This document shows positions 18,799 through 26,978 of a stretch of 64,000 bases of DNA, piece after piece. The stretch covers positions 4,416,001 through 4,480,000 of the forward strand of contig OZ242320.1 of NCBI GenBank assembly GCA_965208125.1, read 5' to 3'. The DNA comes from Candidatus Latescibacterota bacterium (lineage in GTDB: Bacteria > Latescibacterota > UBA2968). The notes under the pieces were generated by a model. That model was given only the letters and a program-made list of their open reading frames with translations. It was not told the origin of the DNA and did not search any database. The stretch's first letter is position 1; the number at the start of each line of letters is the position of its first letter. Both the position numbers and the translations under genes were made by a program.

Positions 18799-18949
18799 CT
18801 CCAATCTCGTTCTTGAATCCCCTCGTATTCCGTGTTATATTGAGCGGTCAAGTTATTTACCTCTTACCATCTACATGGGCTGCGGTGTCACTGACTACGG
18901 TCCCATTAACCCAAAGTTCTGATTCACTGAGTCTGACCTACGGGGTTTT

Positions 18950-18990
18950 ATCCTGATCATCCTTTCATCCTGCTTATCCTAATTCTGACA
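18950..18990. repeat. Short tandem ATCCT-based repeat (4 units, 8-9 bp period) ending in ttctgaca
   Basis: ATCCT at 18950, 18959, 18967, 18976. Confidence 0.6.
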
Positions 18991-18996
18991 GTGTTC

Positions 18997-20952
18997 ATGG
19001 CTCTTTCGTCTGAAATACAAGCTGAAACATCTCCTGCGCCGGATACGATAACGTTTCGGTCTATTTTGTTGGGGCTGGTGACCATTGCGGTTGCGACGTG
19101 GTATATGAGCTATTTTGCGGGGAATCTGGTCAAGAGCTATTTGCCCGTGGCTGCTTTGATTCCCTTTGTGATGTGGGTGGGGATCAATGTGGGGCTGATT
19201 CATTTCGCGCCGCGATTTGCATTGTCCCGCATTGAGTTGCTCACGATTTTTTCGATGATGTGGATTGTCGGCAGTTTGCCAGCGGTGGGGTGGGGGTTTT
19301 ATGCGGTGAGTCTGATTCCGTCGCCCGAGTTTTTCGCCTCGCCGGAAAATCGCTTGCGAGATACAGTCATTCCTTTTTTGCCCAGGTGGTTCTTTTTGGA
19401 CGCCAATATACCCGATGTACGGGCGGTGTACACCGGGCGTCATCGCGGCGATCCCGTGCCGTGGTTGCTGTGGGTGCGGCCTTTTTTCTGGTGGTTTGTC
19501 GGCTGTATCAGCGCGGTGATGGCGGGATTTTTCGGTAGCGTGCTTTTTTTTAAGCAGTGGCAGGAAAAAGAGCGTCTGGTCTTTCCCATGTCCGAATTTC
19601 CCGTGGCTTTGATCGAGGGCGCAGATGAGGGCCGCGTGCCCGCTGTGTTGCGAGACAAAATTTTCTGGATCGGGTTCTGGTGTGTGGGCGGTGTGATTTG
19701 CTGGAATATTGTGGGTTATTTTCAGCTAAATATGCCCCGGATTACGATTTTTGATCACTATCTCACCAAAGCTGTGGATTTGGGTCCGTATTTTCCTGCG
19801 TATTATTTGCGCGTGCAGCCACTGATTATGGGCCTGGCCTATCTTTGTCCGGCCGATATTTTGTTCAGTGTGTGGTTTTACAATGTGATCAATATTTTTA
19901 AGGTGGGGCTGCTGAATCGAACGGGCTTTACGGTGGGATTAGAGGGGCAGCCCGCCAAGGCCGGTGAGATTGCGATGCTCGAGATGCACGGCGCACTGGC
20001 TTGCCTGGTACTGTGGTCGGTGTGGGTTGCGCGGAAACACTTAAGGGAGACGGTGCAAAAGGCTTTGAACCGTTCCCGCGCCGTTGATGATGGCGTGCCC
20101 GTTACGTATCGCACGGCATGGGTTGGGCTGGGGTTGGCAACGGTTGGTGTCGGCGGCTGGATGATGTCCTCGGGAGTGGGGTTCTGGGCGATGGTGGGGC
20201 AACTCATTCTGATGTTTATGTGTTATTTCGGCATTGCGAAATACGCGGCCGCAACCGGATTTACCTATCTCAATCCCGCTGGCGGTAAGGGCGTGGCGCT
20301 GATTCACTCTGTGATTGGCACCTCGAGACTTTCGCCCACGTCGCAGTCGATGCTGATTTTGTTCAATCGCAATGTGTTTTTGGGAGCCTCAATCCGAACG
20401 ACCTGTCTGGCTGCTATTCCGCATATTTTTCGCATGTTTGGCAATTCGCTGCGCCGGCATCCGTGGATATGGGGGATGGTGCCGCTGGCGTATTTGGTCG
20501 GGTATATGAGTGCGGGTGGTTTTTATTTGTTTCGGTGTTATGACGAAGGCGGGTTGAATGGGCTGCTGGTGTCGTGGCCTATGGATTCACTCATTTCGCG
20601 GGTGCCCTATATTGAAGGCAGCAAAATATCGGTTTTTGATACGCAAAAGCTCGGTGTGTGGTTGTTTGGGTTTGCAGAAGCAGGTATTTTGACTTATTTG
20701 CGTTCGCAGTTTGCGTGGTGGCCTTTTCATCCGGTCGCTATTGCGTTTCCGCCCGGGCGATATGCGTTTTGTTTGTTGCTCGTGTGGCTGGTGAAGGTGG
20801 TTGTGTTGCGATTTGGTGGCGTGCAGCTTTACAGGCGGTCGCTGCCGTTCTGGTATGGCGCGATTGTCGGATATTTGTTTGGCATTGCGTTGTCGAGTGT
20901 TGTGGATGCGATCTGGTTTCCAGATAGCAGGCATTTTGTTCACGGTTGGTAA
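18997..20952 (+). CDS. Polytopic membrane protein, DUF6785/DUF6784-like (putative transporter)
   Basis: Many TM helices; KQWxExERLxFP, FWIGF, WWPFHP, YxRSxPF motifs shared with 56870-58858. Confidence 0.75.
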   Translation: MALSSEIQAETSPAPDTITFRSILLGLVTIAVATWYMSYFAGNLVKSYLPVAALIPFVMWVGINVGLIHFAPRFALSRIELLTIFSMMWIVGSLPAVGWGFYAVSLIPSPEFFASPENRLRDTVIPFLPRWFFLDANIPDVRAVYTGRHRGDPVPWLLWVRPFFWWFVGCISAVMAGFFGSVLFFKQWQEKERLVFPMSEFPVALIEGADEGRVPAVLRDKIFWIGFWCVGGVICWNIVGYFQLNMPRITIFDHYLTKAVDLGPYFPAYYLRVQPLIMGLAYLCPADILFSVWFYNVINIFKVGLLNRTGFTVGLEGQPAKAGEIAMLEMHGALACLVLWSVWVARKHLRETVQKALNRSRAVDDGVPVTYRTAWVGLGLATVGVGGWMMSSGVGFWAMVGQLILMFMCYFGIAKYAAATGFTYLNPAGGKGVALIHSVIGTSRLSPTSQSMLILFNRNVFLGASIRTTCLAAIPHIFRMFGNSLRRHPWIWGMVPLAYLVGYMSAGGFYLFRCYDEGGLNGLLVSWPMDSLISRVPYIEGSKISVFDTQKLGVWLFGFAEAGILTYLRSQFAWWPFHPVAIAFPPGRYAFCLLLVWLVKVVVLRFGGVQLYRRSLPFWYGAIVGYLFGIALSSVVDAIWFPDSRHFVHGW

Positions 20953-20966
20953 AGGGGAGTGCGATT

Positions 20967-23192
20967 ATGTCTGATGCAGAAGTAAAAAAGTTATATGGGA
21001 GTGCGACAGTGAGTCCGTCGGAAGATGTGGTGGCCGGGTCCTATGGCACATGGACGCTGACTTATACGGCAGGGGAAAAAGGGGTTGCAAGAGGAGGGAC
21101 GATTCGAATTTATACAGATGCGGATTCAGACCGTGCAACCCCTCAGATGGATGATCCCGCGGGGGCAGATTATTTGACGGTTGACGCGCCGAAAGAAGCG
21201 CGTGTGGGCGCTCTGGTGCAGAGTATGATGTCGCTTTTGCTGACTGTAAATGGACGTGCTCTGGCAGCGGGCAAGCAGGTCTCGGTGACTTATGGCGATA
21301 CGACAGGTGGCGGACCGGGGTTTCGGTCGCAGACTTTTGCCGAGGCGCAGCACTTTTTTTGGGTGGCTGTCGATGCGGGAGATGGAGAGGCTGCGATATT
21401 GCCCGATCCGCCGTTTTTGCGCATTGTGGGGGGCGAGGCTGTGAAGCTGGTGATCAATGCGCCGTCTATTGTCGAGTCTGGCAAACCGTTTCGCATTCAG
21501 GTTAAGGCGGAAGATGTCTGGGGGAATCCAGCGGTCTCTTATCGCGGGGATGTGGCACTCAATGGCAATGATGTGCGCGTGCCGCAAACTGTGAGTTTTG
21601 GCGATGCAGACGGGGGCGTGCGGTGGGTGGATGAATGTGTGGTCGATCGCGGGGGGATTCACCGTATTGATGCCGAAGATGGTACACTGGTTGCGCAGAG
21701 CAATCCGATTGCGTGCCGCAATGCAGCACCGCAATTCGCGCTGTATTGGGGAGACTCACACGGCGGTCAGGTGGCTATGGCGGAGAAGATTCCCGATTTT
21801 TTCAGGTATGCGCGAGATGTTGCAGCGATCCACTTTGCGGGGTATCAGCGCAATGATCACGTTTTGAGCAAACGCGATTGGGTGTTGCAGCAAGAGACAG
21901 AACGCGCGTATAATCAGCCGGGGCAATTTGTCGCTTTGCCGGGCTTTGAGTGGTCGGCGCAAACCACGCGGGGCGGGCATCACAACGTGTATTTTCGGCG
22001 GCACGATCAGCCGATCCGCCGATCTGGGCATGAGGGCCTGGCTGACAGGTCGGATGAAGATACGGATTTGAGGTATATTACAGAGGTCTATGAAGCGTAT
22101 CGCGGGACGGATACGGTGATTACGGCCCATGTGGGCGGCGAACATTCCGATTTGCAATATCACGATCCCTATCTGGAACCCGCTGTGGAAGTGACGTCGG
22201 ATCACGGGACATTTGAGTGGATTTTGCAGGAAACCTTTGAGCGCAATTATCGCATGGGATTTTTCGGCGGGAGCGATAGCCACAACGGGCGACCGGGCGG
22301 GGATACGCCGGGTTTTCAGCACCGCCGTTATGCCAAGGCGGGATTGGCTGCGGTTTACGCTCCCGAGTTGACGATTGAGAGTGTCCTGGACGCGTACAAA
22401 GCGCGGCGCATTTACGCGACGACAGGTGCGCGAATTTTGCTGCATACTTCGTGTGAGGACCATTGGATGGGGGAGGAGTTCACAACGGGAAATACACCGC
22501 GTATCTCGGCTTTTGTAGCGGGTACTGCGCCGTATGAATCTGTGGAATTGTATCGCGGATTGGAACGGATTTACAGCCATCCGATTGAAGGAGAAAAAGA
22601 CCGCAATCGCGTGCGTATTTTGTGGGAGGGCGCGAGTCGCAAGAGCAGTTATTCCGGTGTGATCTGGGAGGGGACTCTGAGGGTTTCGGGGCGCGCGATT
22701 GATGGTGTTGAAAAAATTCGATTTGACAGTCCGCGCTCTCGCGTTTTTGATGTGACCGATGAGGGGTTGCGCTGGTATTCTGTGGCGTGTGGATATCGTA
22801 GTGGTATAATTCTGGATCTACCGGGCGATGGCGATGTGGATATTGAATGCGTGGTGAATACTTCGGTTATTACCGGTCCTTTATTCGGTGATCAAGGGAT
22901 CAAACCGCCGAGGCGCATGTCTTATGCGCCGGCTGAAAAGGTCGGATTTCACGTTGGGTTAAGTGATCTGGAAAATGGTCCGGTGACAATGGAACTCGGT
23001 CCATTGAACCGGCGCGTGACCATTGATTTCGCGCCCGAGGCACAGACCGCGGGAGAAGTGTCGTTCGATTTTACCGATGAAGACGCAAAGCCGGGCATTA
23101 ATCCGTATTATGTTCGCGTGGTGCAAACCGATATGGAGATGGCCTGGAGCAGTCCAATTTTTGTGGATTATGCAGTGGATAAGGAGGGTTAA
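20967..23192 (+). CDS. DUF3604 / PHP-like metallohydrolase domain protein
   Basis: YWGDSHG, PGFEWS..GGHHNVYF, EVTSDHG, GSDSHNGRPG, RRIYATTG, YYVRVVQ..MAWSSP. Confidence 0.8.
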   Translation: MSDAEVKKLYGSATVSPSEDVVAGSYGTWTLTYTAGEKGVARGGTIRIYTDADSDRATPQMDDPAGADYLTVDAPKEARVGALVQSMMSLLLTVNGRALAAGKQVSVTYGDTTGGGPGFRSQTFAEAQHFFWVAVDAGDGEAAILPDPPFLRIVGGEAVKLVINAPSIVESGKPFRIQVKAEDVWGNPAVSYRGDVALNGNDVRVPQTVSFGDADGGVRWVDECVVDRGGIHRIDAEDGTLVAQSNPIACRNAAPQFALYWGDSHGGQVAMAEKIPDFFRYARDVAAIHFAGYQRNDHVLSKRDWVLQQETERAYNQPGQFVALPGFEWSAQTTRGGHHNVYFRRHDQPIRRSGHEGLADRSDEDTDLRYITEVYEAYRGTDTVITAHVGGEHSDLQYHDPYLEPAVEVTSDHGTFEWILQETFERNYRMGFFGGSDSHNGRPGGDTPGFQHRRYAKAGLAAVYAPELTIESVLDAYKARRIYATTGARILLHTSCEDHWMGEEFTTGNTPRISAFVAGTAPYESVELYRGLERIYSHPIEGEKDRNRVRILWEGASRKSSYSGVIWEGTLRVSGRAIDGVEKIRFDSPRSRVFDVTDEGLRWYSVACGYRSGIILDLPGDGDVDIECVVNTSVITGPLFGDQGIKPPRRMSYAPAEKVGFHVGLSDLENGPVTMELGPLNRRVTIDFAPEAQTAGEVSFDFTDEDAKPGINPYYVRVVQTDMEMAWSSPIFVDYAVDKEG

Positions 23193-23193
23193 G

Positions 23194-23988
23194 ATGGATG
23201 TGACGCGCATTTCAGCGTGTAGTTTTCCGCTTCGGGAAAGGGATCTGGATTATACATTTAAGGTGATTTCCGAAGCGGGGTTTGACAAAATTGATCTGGT
23301 GGGACGCATGCCGCATTTTTCGGTGACTGATCCCGATTACGATATGGATGAACTGCGTCGGGTATGCGATAAGTACGGCGTGGTATTGGCAAATATCGGG
23401 TCGTACTGCGGGCGAGATTTTATTGCCGCTTCAGAGGCTGAGAGACAGGCGGCAATGGATGAGATGAAAAAGACGCTGGATGTGGGGAAGGCGTTTGGCT
23501 CAAAGTCTATTCGCATTATGCCGGGTGATGGCAAACGCGCTTCGATTGATACGATAGTGCCCTATTTTCAGAAATCTGCAGAATACGCCGAAAAATTGGG
23601 TATTTATATGGGGATTGAGAACCACGGTACTGAAATTTCTGGCAATCCAGAGGCTTGTCAGGAGATTTGTGAGAAGGTCGATTCAGAGTATTTTGGGATT
23701 TTGTACGAGCCGTGCAATTTGATGGCTGCAGGTGCAGATTACAAGTCCGCTTTTGAAGTATTTAAGGATTATATCGTGCATGTGCATATCAAGGATGGCG
23801 ATTACAACTCGGAAGGGAAGTGGGAACGTTGCATGCTCGGTGAGGGTATTATCGATTATCACTGGGTGTGGGATCAGGTGGAAGCACTGGGCTACGATCG
23901 GGACTATGCACTGGAGTTTGAGGTGGGCGATATCGAACCCGTTGAGACGGGGTACCGGAAGTGGTATGAGACGTGGGAGAGGACGTGA
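23194..23988 (+). CDS. Sugar phosphate isomerase/epimerase (TIM barrel)
   Basis: GIENHG, YEPCN, HVHIKD, LGEGIID, ALEFE; ATG at 23194 immediately after the upstream stop. Confidence 0.88.
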   Translation: MDVTRISACSFPLRERDLDYTFKVISEAGFDKIDLVGRMPHFSVTDPDYDMDELRRVCDKYGVVLANIGSYCGRDFIAASEAERQAAMDEMKKTLDVGKAFGSKSIRIMPGDGKRASIDTIVPYFQKSAEYAEKLGIYMGIENHGTEISGNPEACQEICEKVDSEYFGILYEPCNLMAAGADYKSAFEVFKDYIVHVHIKDGDYNSEGKWERCMLGEGIIDYHWVWDQVEALGYDRDYALEFEVGDIEPVETGYRKWYETWERT

Positions 23989-23995
23989 AAAGGTA

Positions 23996-24212
23996 GAAGT
24001 GTGAAGTGTGAAATGTAGGGGCAGTGCCTTGTGCCTGCCCGTTTGCGATCCGCAGATGGACGCAGATGGACGCAGATGATTGCAGGGCGAAAAATCTTTC
24101 GCCTGTACTGTGAAGTGTGAATAATTACGCCGTAGGAGCGGCATCCTTGCCGCGAATGCTACGACGAAGAGTGAAGGGGGCGGTGGGGGCTGAGGCTGAT
24201 CGCCGATAGCTG
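23996..24212. repeat. Intergenic mosaic of short tandem repeats and REP-like hairpins between convergent genes
   Basis: (GAAGTGT)x3 23996-24016; GTAG+GGGCAG..CTGCCC 24015-24040; (CGCAGATGGA)x3 24051-24078; GGCGAAA..TTTCGCC hairpin 24086-24103; GTAG+GCGGCA..TGCCGC 24132-24153. Confidence 0.8.
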
Positions 24213-24214
24213 CT

Positions 24215-24889
24215 TCACAATAGCTCAATTGCCGCGTCGAGGCGGGGGAGTATGCGGTCGGCGTTGTCGTGATTTTGATGTGCGGTAAAGAAATTGGGGA
24301 CGGCGAAGACTGTCATGCCTGCGGCTTTTCCAGATTGTACGCCAGCGGCACTGTCTTCAAATACGACGCAGGTTTCGGGTGGTACATTGAGTGTTGCGGC
24401 GGTTTTGAGGTAGATTTCAGGGTCGGGTTTGGTGCGGGCGACGTCACTGCCCGAAAAAATAGCGCCAAAGATGTCGTGGAGTGCGTTGGCCTTTACGTGG
24501 GGCAAGACGCCATTTTGAAGTGTGGCGCGCATGCGCTGGCGCGGCGTGGATGATGCAATGCCGAGTTTGTAGTGTTTGTTTTGAAGGTGTGATAGCAGGT
24601 CGAGAAAGCCGGGCATGAGGTCGATTTGATCGGGGTTTGAGATCGCGTTTTCAAACCGGGTCATCCAGGCTTCGTGGAAGTCTTCGGGACGGATCGGCAA
24701 GTCGTAGCGTTCGACGGCGTCTGCGCTGTTGCTTTCCACGGGATGTCCAACACAGCGCACATAACCTTCGCGCGGTATGTCAATCCCCAGTTCGTTGAGT
24801 GTCTGGTTATAGGTGTTGTAATAAATATTTTCCGTATCGACAATCAGGCCGTCCATATCAAATATGACGGCCTGGTATGGTTTAGGCAT
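24215..24889 (-). CDS. HAD-IA family phosphatase (beta-PGM/CbbY-like)
   Basis: IFDMDGLIVDTE, ASST, KPDPEIY, FEDSAAG. Confidence 0.92.
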   Translation of the reverse strand: MPKPYQAVIFDMDGLIVDTENIYYNTYNQTLNELGIDIPREGYVRCVGHPVESNSADAVERYDLPIRPEDFHEAWMTRFENAISNPDQIDLMPGFLDLLSHLQNKHYKLGIASSTPRQRMRATLQNGVLPHVKANALHDIFGAIFSGSDVARTKPDPEIYLKTAATLNVPPETCVVFEDSAAGVQSGKAAGMTVFAVPNFFTAHQNHDNADRILPRLDAAIELL

Positions 24890-25121
24890 GATTGTCTCCG
24901 CAGTGATCCAGAGCTTTGGATGAGACTTCGAGATAAGACTCGACCTGCCAACGTGTGACAGTGGGAAAATCCTTTAGAAATTCTCCAATGTCATAACCCC
25001 CTTTGAGATAATCCACGAGCGTATCAACGGGAACCCGAGTGCCCGAAAATACCAAATCTCCGCTATGAATTTCAGGATCACGCGAGACAACACGCCCCAT
25101 TTCAGCCGTATTGTATTTCAT
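24882..25121 (-). CDS. DUF433 domain protein (antitoxin-like)
   Basis: DPEIHSGDLVFSGTRVPV...FLKDFPTV. Confidence 0.88.
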   Translation of the reverse strand: MKYNTAEMGRVVSRDPEIHSGDLVFSGTRVPVDTLVDYLKGGYDIGEFLKDFPTVTRWQVESYLEVSSKALDHCGDNHA

Positions 25122-25136
25122 TGTCGGTCTCTTTCG

Positions 25137-25505
25137 TTACGTTGTAGGTGAGTCTGTGCTAAGATCGTTCAAATTCAAGGTGAGAAGTGCATCTTCACTC
25201 TGATCGTCGAGAAAAGTAGCGATTCGGTCTTTGTTCCGCAACAATAAGTCGGCAACTTGGTTGGTCCCGGCATTTCCTACGACAAGCCATATTACCTTTG
25301 GCGGATAACCTCTTAAGAAACTGAGTTGACGCAGGTCTTCATCCTTTGACACGATTGCGAAACCCTGTTTAGCTGCGTAAGCCCAAATCGCTGGATCAGG
25401 TTGGCTATGAAGCCCCACTTGCTTGACACTGGCGGTGCCGGGAAAGGCTTCCTCAAGTCGCGCTACGAGCCGATGGCTGAGGTTCTCATCAAGGAGAAGT
25501 TTCAC
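25137..25505 (-). CDS. DUF5615 PIN-like toxin (VapC45-like)
   Basis: MKLLLDENLS, D..IW.YA, IVSKDEDL, PPKVIW; GTG start overlapping the upstream stop. Confidence 0.88.
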   Translation of the reverse strand: MKLLLDENLSHRLVARLEEAFPGTASVKQVGLHSQPDPAIWAYAAKQGFAIVSKDEDLRQLSFLRGYPPKVIWLVVGNAGTNQVADLLLRNKDRIATFLDDQSEDALLTLNLNDLSTDSPTT

Positions 25506-26674
25506 GTTGTGGCACTGGATTCAAGTTGGAGGTTATGGAAATCGGAAAACTCCCGTGCAGCGCGGATGTGCTGCTGCGTCAGATCTGGAAAATCAGCTAA
25601 AAGTTCATCCTCAGTCATCCCTCCAGCCAGGTATTCCAATACGTCATATACGGTAATTCGGGTGCCTTTGAAGCATGGCTTACCACTACGGACAAAAGGT
25701 CGAGGCTCAATGTAGTCTTCAAAGCTCATTTTGCCATACTTCGCAACATCTCCCCTTAGACGATTCCTGTCTTTAGTCGATGCAACTTCACCGGATCCAT
25801 AGTTGCGTATTCTTCGGATGAAACCTGCGGTATTCGCAAGGTCAATCCACTTCTTCTCATTTGTGGCTACAACGTGGTCATTATCAGTTGAGTAGAGAAA
25901 GAAATCAATATCCCCGCTGTCATTTTTTTTGGGCAAAAGGCCTTCCGTCATCAGACGGATCAAATATTGCGTGTACATGTGGGTGTAGCACTCCATCTTG
26001 GAAATAGCAGCGGCAAGTTCATGTGCTCTCTGCTTGGAGAATAAACGGAGATCATTTTTGTCCGCTTTTGCAAAGGCACGCATCTGGCAGGCGGATATAA
26101 TCTGGGCACGCCACTCTTCTGACCGCATTCCGGCGAGGAATCTCTTCTTCTTCTCTCCTCGCAGTTTCGGCACAGATGAAGACCGCTTTTTTGGATCTTT
26201 GACGTACCACTTTTGAAATCCGGGGATATTCTCCTCCATCAGGAAGATGAGAGAATCTACCCATGCTTGCTCCCATTTCTCGCGCCAGGTCGCTACAAAT
26301 GGTACATTCAAGCTGCGGCGAACAAAAGCCTCGTAGTCCGGTACGCCTCTCCGAACCTTCTCAAGGCTTTGACCTTTAGCCAGAGCAAGGACAGCGTCGT
26401 AGTATGGGAGGGCTGGTTCCGCCAATTTGTAGCCAAATGCCTTAGTCAGATGCGATTCGGGGTCCGGAAGTTCGTCTATCCGGTGGTTGAGGATAACATT
26501 AGCCGCTGCCTTGCGATCTTCATAAGATCTGTCATTAAGTTTAGATACCAACTCGATGATTGAGATGGGAGAGTAGCAGAGGTGCTCTCCAGGTTGTCTG
26601 ACATCCTCAATGCGGATGCGATTCAGTCCTATGTCGTAAAGCACATTTGTCTCAAGAATCACTATCTTGGCCAT
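25502..26674 (-). CDS. Large PIN-like domain protein fused in frame to a C-terminal DUF433 domain
   Basis: AAGGAG RBS before ATG 26674; N-terminal ILETNVLY..SPISIIEL..NDSGD..VATNEK; C-terminal RSGKPCFKGTRITVYDVLEYLAGGM...DFPDL. Confidence 0.75.
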   Translation of the reverse strand: MAKIVILETNVLYDIGLNRIRIEDVRQPGEHLCYSPISIIELVSKLNDRSYEDRKAAANVILNHRIDELPDPESHLTKAFGYKLAEPALPYYDAVLALAKGQSLEKVRRGVPDYEAFVRRSLNVPFVATWREKWEQAWVDSLIFLMEENIPGFQKWYVKDPKKRSSSVPKLRGEKKKRFLAGMRSEEWRAQIISACQMRAFAKADKNDLRLFSKQRAHELAAAISKMECYTHMYTQYLIRLMTEGLLPKKNDSGDIDFFLYSTDNDHVVATNEKKWIDLANTAGFIRRIRNYGSGEVASTKDRNRLRGDVAKYGKMSFEDYIEPRPFVRSGKPCFKGTRITVYDVLEYLAGGMTEDELLADFPDLTQQHIRAAREFSDFHNLQLESSATT

Positions 26675-26864
26675 GTTGTGCTCCTTTTTGTTTTCCTTCA
26701 CGATGCAGGTTTTTGCGGGGAGATGTAGCACTTACCAAGCGATCGCGATCTTGTTTTTCAGCGGCTTTATAGCGGGCCACCAATTGGTTGAGATCGCCGC
26801 CGCACTCTTCCAAGAGTTTCTGCCCCGTCTGGTGAATTTCTTCAACAATGGGATCGCGTTTCAT
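26652..26864 (-). CDS. Small hypothetical protein (xDPIVEEI-type, PIN/TA-associated)
   Basis: GGAGGAG RBS; MKRDPIVEEIH...CGGDL. Confidence 0.65.
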   Translation of the reverse strand: MKRDPIVEEIHQTGQKLLEECGGDLNQLVARYKAAEKQDRDRLVSATSPRKNLHREGKQKGAQHGQDSDS

Positions 26865-26978
26865 AGCTCTCCTCCAGGCGTGTCTTGGAGTTTTCAGACG
26901 TAAATGATATGGGTAGATATGATGTAATTCTGGATTGATGTCTTTGAGCAGACGAATGGCTGCTCCATTACGCTCTCG

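Noticed and set aside
21756-22580. 274-aa minus-strand ORF (likewise 53613-54419, 3976-4815, 62273-62971)
   Set aside because: Antisense shadows of well-supported genes
24051-24078. Possible CRISPR array
   Set aside because: 10-bp units without spacers; no cas genes
23683-24228. 181-aa minus-strand ORF spanning the repeat mosaic
   Set aside because: Low-complexity translation of repeats plus antisense of the isomerase gene
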